From Marinobacterium sedimentorum (GTDB lineage Bacteria; Pseudomonadota; Gammaproteobacteria; Pseudomonadales; Balneatricaceae), in the NCBI RefSeq assembly GCF_024267675.1, contig NZ_JALDYX010000007.1, positions 142,555-182,554 of the forward strand: a stretch of DNA of 40,000 nt, in the 5' to 3' direction. This document shows positions 1 to 8,944 of the stretch, piece after piece; position 1 is the first letter of the stretch, and every line of letters starts with the position of its first letter. Under the pieces are notes generated by a model. It did no database searches. It was given only the letters and a program-made list of their open reading frames with translations, and was not told the DNA's origin. Made by a program: the position numbers and the translations under genes.

Positions 1-1
1 G

Positions 2-844
2 AAGCGCTTGAACAGTGGCGGTATTCCAGGGTTCAGCTCACCCGAAAGCTGCAGTGCGGTACTCGAAGCGCTGTACTTTACCGGACAGCCGTTACTCTCC
101 AGCGCATCTGCGGCGCCCGGCGTTCAGCTTCCCAACCTGGACAATCTGCCAGGCGGCTCCCTGGATGAGGCAGCAGCCAAGGCTCTGTTCCGTCAGGCGG
201 GTATTAATGTACCGCAGAGCAAGGTTGTCACCACCCGTGAAGAGGCCGTACAGGCAGCGCGTGAGTTGGGTGAGCCGGTCGTTCTGAAAATTATGGATGC
301 CAAGCTGCTGCACAAAAGCGATATCGGTGGCGTAGCGCTGTTCCTGAACGCGGACAGCATTGGTGAGCGATTCGATAAAATGATCGCCGATGTTGAATCC
401 CATATCGGTCGCTGCCCTGATCAGTTCCTTGTCGAAGCAATGATCGCCGGCGGTCATGAGCTCATTCTTGGCGCCAACCGCGATGCCCTGGGCACGGCAC
501 TCCTTCTGGGTGCCGGCGGTGTCACCGCTGAGCTGTTCAAGGACACCGCGCTTTGCATGTTGCCTGAAACGGGTGCGCTGACGCTTGATCAGGCCAGGGC
601 GATGATGCAGAAACTCACCACCTGGCCTCTGCTTGATGGTTACCGTGGCTCCGTTCACCGCGATACCGAAGCACTCGCTCAAGCAATCGTGAACTTCTCT
701 GCGCTGATCGTTGCGCTGGGCGATCGTGTTGTCACGTCGGAAATCAACCCGCTGTTCGTTCTGCCTGAAGGTCAGGGCGTAGTTGCTGCCGATGCCGTGC
801 TCGTGCTGGATGAGAAGAACGCAGGAGACAGAACTGATGGATGA
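2..844 (+). CDS. ADP-forming acyl-CoA synthetase (acetate--CoA ligase family), C-terminal ATP-grasp portion; 5' end lies outside the window
   Basis: The frame is open from the window edge, so the TTG at 8 in the ORF track is not a real start. ATP-grasp-like stretch LDEAAAKALFRQAGINVPQSKVV..ELGEPVVLKIMDAKLLHKSDIGGVAL. The stop at 842-844 overlaps the next gene's ATG (ATGGATGA). Confidence 0.75.
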   Translation, partial: KRLNSGGIPGFSSPESCSAVLEALYFTGQPLLSSASAAPGVQLPNLDNLPGGSLDEAAAKALFRQAGINVPQSKVVTTREEAVQAARELGEPVVLKIMDAKLLHKSDIGGVALFLNADSIGERFDKMIADVESHIGRCPDQFLVEAMIAGGHELILGANRDALGTALLLGAGGVTAELFKDTALCMLPETGALTLDQARAMMQKLTTWPLLDGYRGSVHRDTEALAQAIVNFSALIVALGDRVVTSEINPLFVLPEGQGVVAADAVLVLDEKNAGDRTDG

Positions 845-2915
845 ACCACAAACCAGCGGCCAGGTTCATCTTCAGCACGAAGGGGATATTGCGGTAATTA
901 TCCTCGACAATCCCCCTGTTAACAGCAGTACGGACGCAGTACGAAGGGGCATTCTGGCGGCACTGGCACAGATCGATGTCGATCGAACACACGCGGTCGT
1001 ACTGACCGGTGCAGGACACAACCTGATGGCCGGTGCCGACCTGCGCGAGCTGGAAAATGAACCGACGGAACCGACACTGCCGCACGTAACGGCGGCACTG
1101 GAATCCTTTCCCGTACCGGTGATTGCCATCGTCAAGGGCCATACCCTTGGCGGTGGCCTGGAGCTGGCGCTGGCCTGTGACCTGCGCCTGGCCACTGCCA
1201 ATGCCACTCTCGGTCTGCCGGAAGTCACCGTCGGTGTCATTCCAGGCGCTGGCGGCACCCAGCGTCTGCCGCGTGCGATTGGCCTGCCAAAGGCATTGGA
1301 GATGATCGTGACGGGCAAGCCTGTCAAAGCCGACACGGCGAAGGCGCTCGGGCTTGTCAACCACCTGCTGACCGAAACAGCGACCGATGCCCAGTACGCT
1401 GAAATTCTCGCATTCGCACGCGACTACGCCGGCGGTAAACAACCGCTGAGCGCACGCGATGTTGCAGCGAGCGACGACGACGCCTTAACGGCTCAAGCCA
1501 AACAGCTGGTATCCCGTGCACGCGGCCTGCCCAGCGCGGCAGCCGCTGCCGAGGTAGTGCTCAGTGCCGGCAAGCTCAACTTTGCCGATGCGCTAGCCAC
1601 AGAGCGCGCCAGGTTCCTCGCCCTGCGCGGCAGCGAAGCGGCAAAGGCGTTGCGCTACCTGTTCTTCGCCGAGCGTGCCGAACCCTTGGTACCGCAGCAA
1701 CCGGTGCAGGGACGCGCACTCGAGCGCATTGCGGTGATCGGTGCCGGCACCATGGGCAGCGGTATCGCGCTCTGTGTATTGAATGCCGGTTACCGCGTCG
1801 ATCTGGTCGAGCTCAACCCTCAGGCTCTCGAGGCCGGGATCAACCGGATCAAGAGCGAGCTGGAAGGCGACATTAAACGCCAGCGTCTGAGCGCTGCAAA
1901 ACGCGACGATATTCTGGCGCGACTGAACGCAACACAGGATATCAGTGATATTTCAGGGGCAGGCCTGGTGATTGAAGCCATCATCGAAGACCTGGAAGTC
2001 AAGCGCTCGCTGTTCAAAACCCTTGCAGAGGTTGTCGACAAGGACGCGCTGCTGGCGACCAATACCTCCTACCTCGATATCGACCAGATCATGGCTGATG
2101 TGCCCAACCCCGAGCGTACACTTGGATTGCACTTCTTTAGCCCGGCCCACCGCATGTCGTTGCTGGAGGTTGTGCGCAGCAACTCGACCAGCGATCAGAC
2201 ACTCTGCACGGCACTGACATTCGCCAAGCGCCTTAAGAAAAAAGCGATTGTCGTCGCCAACGCCTGGGGCTTTGTCGGCAACCGGCTCTACGCCGCCTAC
2301 CGCCGCCAGTGCGAGTTCCTGCTCGAAGAGGGGGCCAGCCCTGAGCAGATCGACGCCGCGATCGAAGCCTATGGCTTTGCCATGGGCCCGTTCAAGGTTG
2401 CCGATATGTCCGGCCTAGATATCGCCTGGAGGATGCGCCAGCAGACAGCCGACAGCCGACATCTGCGCCGTTATGTCGGCATTCCGGACCTGCTGTGCGA
2501 AGCCAACCGGCTGGGCCGCAAGACGGCTAAGGGCTACTACCGCTATGACGACAACCGCCCGGTAACCGATCCCGAGGTAGCCGCGATTATCGCTGATTAC
2601 CGTGCTCTGAATAACATTGAGCCAAAAACCTTTAGCGCCCAGGAGATACAGCAGCGAGCCGTGCTTGCACTGATCAACGAAGCACTGCTACTGATCGCTG
2701 AGGGCGTCTGCCAGCGCCTCGAGGATATCGATATCGCACTTGCCCATGGCTACGGCTTCCCCCGCTGGAAAGGCGGTCCAATCTTCATTGCCCGCCAAAT
2801 GGGCACAAAAGCATTAAGTGCGGCCCTCTCCCAGCTTGCCGCGGCCAGTGGCAAAGGCCACGAGCACGGCGATGTGACTCTGGTAACCCTTGATGCTGAT
2901 TCAGCGAAGGAGTGA
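837..2915 (+). CDS. Bifunctional enoyl-CoA hydratase / 3-hydroxyacyl-CoA dehydrogenase (FadB/FadJ-like)
   Basis: N-terminal crotonase fold (GADLRELE, GGGLELALACDLRLA). Central NAD-binding Rossmann motif IAVIGAGTMGSGIA. I chose the ATG at 837, which is coupled to the upstream stop, rather than the ORF-track start at 783. Confidence 0.9.
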   Translation: MDEPQTSGQVHLQHEGDIAVIILDNPPVNSSTDAVRRGILAALAQIDVDRTHAVVLTGAGHNLMAGADLRELENEPTEPTLPHVTAALESFPVPVIAIVKGHTLGGGLELALACDLRLATANATLGLPEVTVGVIPGAGGTQRLPRAIGLPKALEMIVTGKPVKADTAKALGLVNHLLTETATDAQYAEILAFARDYAGGKQPLSARDVAASDDDALTAQAKQLVSRARGLPSAAAAAEVVLSAGKLNFADALATERARFLALRGSEAAKALRYLFFAERAEPLVPQQPVQGRALERIAVIGAGTMGSGIALCVLNAGYRVDLVELNPQALEAGINRIKSELEGDIKRQRLSAAKRDDILARLNATQDISDISGAGLVIEAIIEDLEVKRSLFKTLAEVVDKDALLATNTSYLDIDQIMADVPNPERTLGLHFFSPAHRMSLLEVVRSNSTSDQTLCTALTFAKRLKKKAIVVANAWGFVGNRLYAAYRRQCEFLLEEGASPEQIDAAIEAYGFAMGPFKVADMSGLDIAWRMRQQTADSRHLRRYVGIPDLLCEANRLGRKTAKGYYRYDDNRPVTDPEVAAIIADYRALNNIEPKTFSAQEIQQRAVLALINEALLLIAEGVCQRLEDIDIALAHGYGFPRWKGGPIFIARQMGTKALSAALSQLAAASGKGHEHGDVTLVTLDADSAKE

Positions 2916-2920
2916 TAGCG

Positions 2921-4126
2921 ATGTCAGAAGCTTTGATTTGCGATGCAATTCGCACCCCCTTTGGCCGTTTCACCGGCGGTCTGTCGTCGATCCGCACCGA
3001 TGACCTGGCAGCGCTGCCGATTCAGGAACTCGTTAAGCGTAACCCGCACCTGGACTGGAGCCTGGTCGACGATGTGATCTACGGCTGCGCCAACCAGGCC
3101 GGTGAGGATAACCGCAACGTCGCCCGCATGGCCGCATTGCTGGCCGGTCTGCCGATCTCGGTACCAGGCGCCACGCTGAATCGCCTCTGCGGCTCGGGGC
3201 TCGATGCGGTGGGAAGTGCAGCTCGCACGCTGCGCTGTAGCGAAGCACAGCTGCTGATTGCCGGCGGCGTTGAGAGCATGAGTCGCTCGCCCTATGTCCT
3301 GCCCAAAGCCGACAAGGCGTTCGGTCGTGCTCAGCAACTGGAAGATACCACCATCGGCTGGCGCCTGGTGAACCCCAAAATGAAGTCGATGCACGGGGTC
3401 GATGCACTCACTCTGACGGCTGAAAACGTTGCAGACGAGGAAGCTGTATCCCGGGAAGATCAGGACGCCTTTGCCCTGCGCAGCCAGCAGCGCTGGAAGC
3501 GGGCACAGGATGCCGGCTTCTTCGCCGGCGAAATCATGGAAGTCACAGTCAAACAGCCGCGCAAACCGGAACAGGTGATAACAATGGACGAACATCCGCG
3601 GCCTGATACCTCACCCGAGGTGCTCGCAGGCTTGCGGGGTGTTGTCAGAGAAGGCGGCTCCGTCACGGCCGGCAACTCGTCTGGTATTAACGATGGTGCC
3701 TGCGCGCTACTGATGGCCACCCCTGCCGCCGCGAAGCTGCACGGGCTCACTCCGCGCGCCCGGGTCGTCGCCATGGCCACCGCCGGTGTCGCCCCACGCG
3801 TCATGGGCATGGGTCCGGTACCGGCGGTGGAAAAGGTGATGCGGCTGGCCGGCCTGAGCATCGATGCGATGGACGTCATCGAGTTCAACGAAGCCTTTGC
3901 CTCGCAGGCCATTGCCGTCTGCCGACGCCTGGGACTGCAGGACGACGACCCCAGGGTCAATCCCAACGGCGGCGCCATCGCCATTGGCCATCCGCTGGGC
4001 GCCTCAGGCGCACGCCTGGTTACAACCGCACTGAACCAACTGGAACACCAGAAAGGACGATTCGCCCTCTGCAGCATGTGCGTCGGCGTGGGCCAGGGCG
4101 TAGCCCTCATTATCGAACGCCTCTAA
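2921..4126 (+). CDS. Acetyl-CoA C-acyltransferase (thiolase; beta-ketoadipyl-CoA/PaaJ-like)
   Basis: Thiolase signatures NRLCGSGLDA (nucleophilic Cys), NPNGGAIAIGHPLGASGARL and CSMCVGVGQGVA. The N-terminus MSEALICDAIRTPFGRF is typical of the family. Confidence 0.92.
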   Translation: MSEALICDAIRTPFGRFTGGLSSIRTDDLAALPIQELVKRNPHLDWSLVDDVIYGCANQAGEDNRNVARMAALLAGLPISVPGATLNRLCGSGLDAVGSAARTLRCSEAQLLIAGGVESMSRSPYVLPKADKAFGRAQQLEDTTIGWRLVNPKMKSMHGVDALTLTAENVADEEAVSREDQDAFALRSQQRWKRAQDAGFFAGEIMEVTVKQPRKPEQVITMDEHPRPDTSPEVLAGLRGVVREGGSVTAGNSSGINDGACALLMATPAAAKLHGLTPRARVVAMATAGVAPRVMGMGPVPAVEKVMRLAGLSIDAMDVIEFNEAFASQAIAVCRRLGLQDDDPRVNPNGGAIAIGHPLGASGARLVTTALNQLEHQKGRFALCSMCVGVGQGVALIIERL

Positions 4127-4249
4127 CCTGGCTCCGGCATCGTTGCGCATGGACTGGCAGAACCCAGGGGCATGGACGCCTCCGTTAACCCGACTGATAA
4201 CCTGCTATCCCGTCGGGTTGATAGATTTACCCCTGATGAGGACAGGAAA

Positions 4250-4648
4250 ATGTTCCCCTATTTCGAAGCATCGATCAAACCGCGCTTCAGCGAAACCGAT
4301 ATGCGCGGACATATAAACAACACCGTGATCCCCGTCTGGCTGGCGGATGGGCGGGCGGCGCTGTTTCGTGAGGAACTCGGAGTACGGATTCCGACCATGG
4401 TGGTGAACCTGAACATTAATTTCAGCCGGGAACTCCACTGGGGATCGCTGGTGACTGCGCGCACGGCCGTTGAAAAAATAGGCAACAGCTCCATCTGCTT
4501 CGTACAGGAGCTCTGGCAGAATGAACAGCGGTGCGTGCAGGCACACACGACCATCGTGGCACTGGATATGGAGACCCGCAAACCGATGCGCGTACCTGAC
4601 CTCGAAAGGTCCCTGTTGACTCCGTATTGGATAACCCATGCAAGCTAG
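4250..4648 (+). CDS. Hotdog-fold acyl-CoA thioesterase (4HBT/YbgC-like)
   Basis: KPRFSETDMRGHINNTV resembles the 4HBT catalytic-Asp motif. Size is about 130 aa. GAGGA lies upstream of the ATG at 4250. The longer ORF-track start at 4172 has no RBS. Confidence 0.72.
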   Translation: MFPYFEASIKPRFSETDMRGHINNTVIPVWLADGRAALFREELGVRIPTMVVNLNINFSRELHWGSLVTARTAVEKIGNSSICFVQELWQNEQRCVQAHTTIVALDMETRKPMRVPDLERSLLTPYWITHAS

Positions 4649-4778
4649 TGCACTGGTGCATGCTTGACAGTGCTTTAGCGCGCTCATTTTTTCACCCGCC
4701 AAGGCGTAAGCAGAGTCATAGCGGGCCTATACCCATGATACCGGGCGGCACAACCGCTACCGCTGTCGCAACGACTTG

Positions 4779-5465
4779 TTAGGAGTCGCTTGCAGAATTT
4801 CCAGCACCCCTCATGCTCTGATGGCGTTCGCGCAGCGCTTGCAGATCCTCGGGCCGGTCGGCGTCCATCAGCACGCCGGGGTCATCGACCCTGATACGCA
4901 TGCAGGCCTCCGGGTGACGCTGGATCACCGACCGCGCGCCCTCTTCATCCTGCAACTGTGCCAGCTCATCCCAGAAGTTGCGCCCGAATATCACCGGATG
5001 CCCAGGCTTGCCCTGATACTCAGGGCGGACGATGCGATCCGCTGCCGCCTGCTCGACCAGCATGGCAAAGGTTTCGGGTTCGATACAGGGCATATCCCCC
5101 AGCAGCACGGCCGCCGCCGTTGCCTGCGATCCGTACAGCGCCCTGAATCCGTCCGCGATACTGAAACCCAGGCCCTGATCGGCACGGGGGGAACAGACGA
5201 CTTGTGTTGCCGACGCCAGCCCCAGTTCTGCAGGGTCGTCATCGCTTCGAATCACCACCCGGACACTATTGAATGCCGCCGCCATGGACTGCACCGTAGC
5301 GGCCAGCAGCGTGCAATCTTGCAGCAGCTTTTCCTGCCGTTTGTCGGTGCCGAAACGCCGCGCCCGGCCCGCCGCCATCACCAGCGCCAGCACCCTGTCG
5401 CCTGTTTCTGCAACGTTCCGGCCAAGTCGCCCAGCCTGTATCTCGGTATTTTCCGGCATCGTCAT
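4779..5465 (-). CDS. MobA/MocA-like nucleotidyltransferase (molybdenum cofactor cytidylyl/guanylyl-transferase family)
   Basis: LALVMAAGRARRFGTDK N-terminal NTP-binding loop and the LLGDMP motif typical of the NTP_transf_3/MocA family. Confidence 0.7.
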   Translation of the reverse strand: MTMPENTEIQAGRLGRNVAETGDRVLALVMAAGRARRFGTDKRQEKLLQDCTLLAATVQSMAAAFNSVRVVIRSDDDPAELGLASATQVVCSPRADQGLGFSIADGFRALYGSQATAAAVLLGDMPCIEPETFAMLVEQAAADRIVRPEYQGKPGHPVIFGRNFWDELAQLQDEEGARSVIQRHPEACMRIRVDDPGVLMDADRPEDLQALRERHQSMRGAGNSASDS

Positions 5466-5552
5466 TATCTGATCTGAGTTCAGCTGGCCACTATACTCTT
5501 ATCCTTTTAAATCCCGTGCACTGCGCAAACAATTTCAGGCCGGCAACTTTGA

Positions 5553-5595
5553 CGCACACAAAAATGCCGACCCCGGGGTAGCCCGGGGCCGGCAT
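5553..5595 (-). terminator. Rho-independent terminator downstream of aspA
   Basis: 14-bp stem (5564-5577 / 5582-5595; ATGCCGACCCCGGG..CCCGGGGCCGGCAT, one mismatch). On the minus strand it is followed by TTTTGTGTG. It sits 30 nt after the aspA stop. Confidence 0.75.
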
Positions 5596-5625
5596 GGAAT
5601 CAGTGTGCGACTATTCATCAGGCAG

Positions 5626-7038
5626 CTAGACGCTGGCGATCATGCGCTCGGGCCGCAGCACCTCGCGAAGCTGCTCCGGCGCCATCAGGCCTTCTTCCTC
5701 GACCAGTTCGATCACGCTGCGGCTTTCCTGCAGTGCCCGTTTGGCGATGCGGGTGGCGTTCTCATACCCAAGGTAGGGGTTGAGCGCCGTAACTATACCG
5801 ATGCTGTTATGCACCATCGAGGCACAGTGGGCTTCATTAGCGCTGATGCCGACAATACATTTTTCCTCGAACATCTGCATGGCGCGCTTGAGCAGGCGCA
5901 TCTGTTCAAGAATGTTGTAGGCGATCAGCGGCTCCATGGCGTTGAGCTGCAGCTGGCCTGCTTCCGCCGCCATGCAGATGGCGAGATCATGCCCCATGAT
6001 CTGGTAGGCCACCTGGTTCACGGCCTCCGGAATCACCGGGTTGACCTTGCCTGGCATGATAGAGCTGCCAGGCTGCTGCGCCGGCAGGTTGATCTCGTTG
6101 ATGCCGGCGCGCGGCCCCATGCTCAGCAGGCGCAGGTCGTTGGCGATCTTGGACAGCTTGAGTGCCAGGCGCTTGAGCATGCTGGAGAACAGCACGAAGG
6201 CGCCCATGTCGGAGGATGCCTCGATCAGATCCTCGGACTGGCGCAGAGAAATACCGCTGATGCGCGACAGCTGGGCGATGGCCAGGGTGCCGTAACGCGG
6301 ATCGGCGTTGATGCCGGTGCCGATGGCGGTCCCGCCCAGATTGACCTCTGTCAGCAGCTCCGACAGCGCGGCGATACGGCTGATATCCTCACCCAGGGTG
6401 CTGGCCCAGGCCTTGAATTCCTGCCCCAGGGTCATGGGCACCGCATCCTGCAGCTGGGTGCGGCCCATCTTGATAACGCCTTTGAATTCCTCGGCCTTGG
6501 CGCTGAAGGCGCCGCGCAGGGAAACCAGGGAGCCCACCAGGTCACTGTGACTGAGCAGAATCCCCAGGCGCACCGCGGTCGGGTAGGCATCGTTGGTGGA
6601 CTGGGACAGGTTGACGTCGTTATTGGGGTGCAGTGCCTTGTAGTCGCCCTTTTCCAGCCCCATGAACTCGAGCCCGACATTGGCGATCACCTCGTTGGCA
6701 TTCATGTTGGTGGAGGTGCCGGCGCCGCCCTGGATCATGTCGACGACGAACTGGTCATGGTATTCGCCGGCAATGATCGCCTGGGTCGCGCTCTGGATGG
6801 CGCGGGCCTTGTCCGCATCCAGCGAGCCCAGCTCGGCGTTGGCCTGGGCCGCCGCCTGCTTGACCATGGCCAGCGCCACGATCAGACGCGGAAAATGCTG
6901 CAGCGTCACGCCGCTGAGGGCAAAATTGTTGCAGGCACGCAGGGTCTGAATGCCGTAATAGGCCTGCGCCGGCACGGGCAGCTCGCCCAGCAGGTCCTTT
7001 TCCAGCCGCACCGCGGCTACGTTCGGGTCCGACATCAT
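5626..7038 (-). CDS. aspA: Aspartate ammonia-lyase
   Basis: Fumarate-lyase signature GSSIMPGKVNPV. The N-terminus RLEKDLLGELPVPAQAYYGIQTLRA closely parallels enterobacterial AspA. Length is 470 aa. Confidence 0.93.
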   Translation of the reverse strand: MMSDPNVAAVRLEKDLLGELPVPAQAYYGIQTLRACNNFALSGVTLQHFPRLIVALAMVKQAAAQANAELGSLDADKARAIQSATQAIIAGEYHDQFVVDMIQGGAGTSTNMNANEVIANVGLEFMGLEKGDYKALHPNNDVNLSQSTNDAYPTAVRLGILLSHSDLVGSLVSLRGAFSAKAEEFKGVIKMGRTQLQDAVPMTLGQEFKAWASTLGEDISRIAALSELLTEVNLGGTAIGTGINADPRYGTLAIAQLSRISGISLRQSEDLIEASSDMGAFVLFSSMLKRLALKLSKIANDLRLLSMGPRAGINEINLPAQQPGSSIMPGKVNPVIPEAVNQVAYQIMGHDLAICMAAEAGQLQLNAMEPLIAYNILEQMRLLKRAMQMFEEKCIVGISANEAHCASMVHNSIGIVTALNPYLGYENATRIAKRALQESRSVIELVEEEGLMAPEQLREVLRPERMIASV

Positions 7039-7061
7039 TGGGTTCTCGCAAGATTGTGTGA

Positions 7062-7115
7062 ATATAAAGAAAAGACCCGTCCGGAATCTGTATCAGTGCG
7101 GCGATTCCGGACGGG
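7062..7115 (-). terminator. Rho-independent terminator ending the 13-gene operon
   Basis: 13-bp perfect stem CCCGTCCGGAATC / GATTCCGGACGGG (7076-7088 / 7103-7115). On the minus strand it is followed by TCTTTTCTTTAT. Confidence 0.8.
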
Positions 7116-7130
7116 TGGCTTGAAAATGGT

Positions 7131-7158
7131 TAGGCATTAGGCATTAGGCATTAGGCGT
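7131..7158. repeat. Tandem heptamer repeat (TAGGCAT x3 + TAGGCGT)
   Basis: Direct reading: taggcat taggcat taggcat taggcgt. Confidence 0.9.
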
Positions 7159-7164
7159 GACGAT

Positions 7165-7237
7165 TGTAGGAGCCCGGTCCTCCGGGCGAGCCGGCAGAGG
7201 CCGGCAGAATCATTCGCTCGCAGAGCGAGCTCCTACA
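7165..7237. repeat. REP-like composite palindromic element
   Basis: 9-bp terminal inverted repeat TGTAGGAGC...GCTCCTACA encloses three sub-hairpins (CCCGGtcctCCGGG, GCCGGCagagGCCGGC, GCTCGCagaGCGAGC). The TGTAGGAGC ends resemble Pseudomonas REP families (recollection). Confidence 0.7.
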
Positions 7238-7264
7238 GGACATATCCTCACGCCCTCACGCCAA

Positions 7265-8908
7265 TCAATACAGCTTTTTCTGTGGGGGACCTGCGAAGTT
7301 GAGCGGGCCAACCCGGTGCATGTCCACTTCGATCACGGCGGGGCCGTCGATGGCGATGGCGTCCCTGATGGCAGTGGCGAACTCCTCGACCGAACCCACC
7401 TGCCAGCTTGGCATGCCCATGGCGGTGCCGACATCGCGATAGCAGGGCGTATGCAGTTCGTTGTAGTACTGCCGACCGCCGAAGTAGCTGTTCTGGATGC
7501 CGCGCATCACGCCGTAGCCACCGTCGTTCATGACGATCAGCACCAGGTCGGTGTTTTCCTGCACCATGGTGGCCATCTCGCCGATGCCGAGCATCAGGCC
7601 GCCGTCGCCGACAATGGCCGCAACCTTTTTCCGCGGATTGGCGACGGCGCTGCCGATGGCATGGGCCAGGCCCAGGCCGATGGCGCCGGCCAGTGAGTGG
7701 ATATTGCGGTTCGCCCCGTTGATCTCGAACAGGCGGCTGCCCCAGGTGCTGCCGGAGATGGTGATGTCACGCACCAGGATGCCATCCTCGGGCAGGGCTT
7801 CACGCAGTGCGTTGCAGATGCCGGCATAGTTGCCCACCTGATCGCTCAGCGCTGCCACTGACTGCTCCACCGCCAGGGCGATAGCGCGATCATAGTCCGC
7901 ATCAACCTTTTCACCGTCGCTCAGGGCATCGGCCAGATACGCCAGCGCGACCCTGGCATCAGCGCAGATAAAACGATCGGCACGGTAGTTACGATTCTGT
8001 GCCGCGGCATGTGCATCGATCTGTACCAGCGTCTGGCCCAGCTCCAGCGAGTAGGTCAGGGTTTCGTTGCTGCGCAGACGCGAGCCTGCCACGATAACCA
8101 GATCGCTGTCCCTGCACAGATCCTTGAACGACGCGCTGTTGTGAAAAGCCCGCAGGCTGCGCGGATGGCTGTCCGGCAGTATGCCGCGGCCGTGGGTGCT
8201 GGACACCACCGGCACACCCTTGTCGGCCAGCGCCTTTACTTGCGCCTCGCAGCCGGCGGCACCGCCACCGATCCACAACAGCGGGCGTTTGGCGGCCTTG
8301 AGCTGCACCACCAGGCTTTCCAGCTCGGCGGACGCGGGCACCGGCAGCGCCGCGGGCTCAATCGGGCCCAGGTCCGCCGGCAGTTCGATTTGCGCCGCCT
8401 GGACATCAATCGGAATCTCGATGCTCACCGGCCCCATCGGCACGCTGCGGGCGATGCGGATGGCTTCACGCACGATGCCGGCGGCGCTTTCCGGATGGCT
8501 GATGCGAAACGCCGCCTTGCTGCTGGCCTTGAGGAAGGTCAGCTGGTCCTTGGCTTCATGGATGAAGCTGGCATCGCGATCCAGATATTCGCGTTCCACC
8601 TGGCCGGTGATATGCAGTACGGGGCTGGCGGCATTGCAGGCCTCAATCAGCGAGCCGATGGCGTTGCCGGCACCGGCGCCGGTGCTGGTCAGGGCCACGC
8701 CCAGACCTGCGAAACGCGCATGGGCATCGGCCATGGTAACGCAGCCGGCTTCACCGCGGGCCGGCACGAAGGCGATCTGGCCGCGACGGCCGATAGCATC
8801 GGCTACCGGCAGGTTGTGGATGGAAATCACGCCATAGACGTTGGCAACGCCGTGGGCTTCGAGGATGCGGGCGACCACTTCGCCGACGGTAATTTTTTCT
8901 GCAGACAT
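7265..8908 (-). CDS. Thiamine-diphosphate-dependent enzyme (acetolactate synthase / decarboxylase-like)
   Basis: ThDP-binding motif GDGGLMLGIGEMATMVQENTDLVLIVMNDGGYG. The N-terminal Pyr domain (GVANVYGV..ARGEAGCVTMADAHAR) is typical of the family. Length is 547 aa. Confidence 0.85.
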   Translation of the reverse strand: MSAEKITVGEVVARILEAHGVANVYGVISIHNLPVADAIGRRGQIAFVPARGEAGCVTMADAHARFAGLGVALTSTGAGAGNAIGSLIEACNAASPVLHITGQVEREYLDRDASFIHEAKDQLTFLKASSKAAFRISHPESAAGIVREAIRIARSVPMGPVSIEIPIDVQAAQIELPADLGPIEPAALPVPASAELESLVVQLKAAKRPLLWIGGGAAGCEAQVKALADKGVPVVSSTHGRGILPDSHPRSLRAFHNSASFKDLCRDSDLVIVAGSRLRSNETLTYSLELGQTLVQIDAHAAAQNRNYRADRFICADARVALAYLADALSDGEKVDADYDRAIALAVEQSVAALSDQVGNYAGICNALREALPEDGILVRDITISGSTWGSRLFEINGANRNIHSLAGAIGLGLAHAIGSAVANPRKKVAAIVGDGGLMLGIGEMATMVQENTDLVLIVMNDGGYGVMRGIQNSYFGGRQYYNELHTPCYRDVGTAMGMPSWQVGSVEEFATAIRDAIAIDGPAVIEVDMHRVGPLNFAGPPQKKLY

Positions 8909-8944
8909 GGCTGTTTACCTGTTCTTGTAGAGGGGGCGAAGGTG

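Noticed and set aside
783-836. Upstream-extended starts offered by the ORF track: 783 for the FadB-like gene, 2912 for the thiolase, 4172 for the thioesterase, 19277 for the small protein, 20934 for iclR, 25079 for the membrane protein, 12982 for the hydrolase, 12065 for the SDR and 17044 for the dioxygenase.
   Set aside because: The extensions overlap the preceding genes, lack an RBS and are non-homologous to the families. Internal ATGs with GGAG-type RBSs match the expected N-termini.
5605-7140. A 511-aa plus-strand ORF lies antisense to aspA. Similar very long antisense ORFs are at 8009-9556, 15196-16119, 17881-18846, 30308-31321, 32013-33164, 33312-34388, 34348-36138 and 37785-38876.
   Set aside because: These are mirror-frame artefacts typical of high-GC DNA. 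Their translations are Arg/Gly/His/Ala-rich with no recognisable motifs, whereas each opposite-strand gene has clear family signatures and operon-consistent starts and stops.
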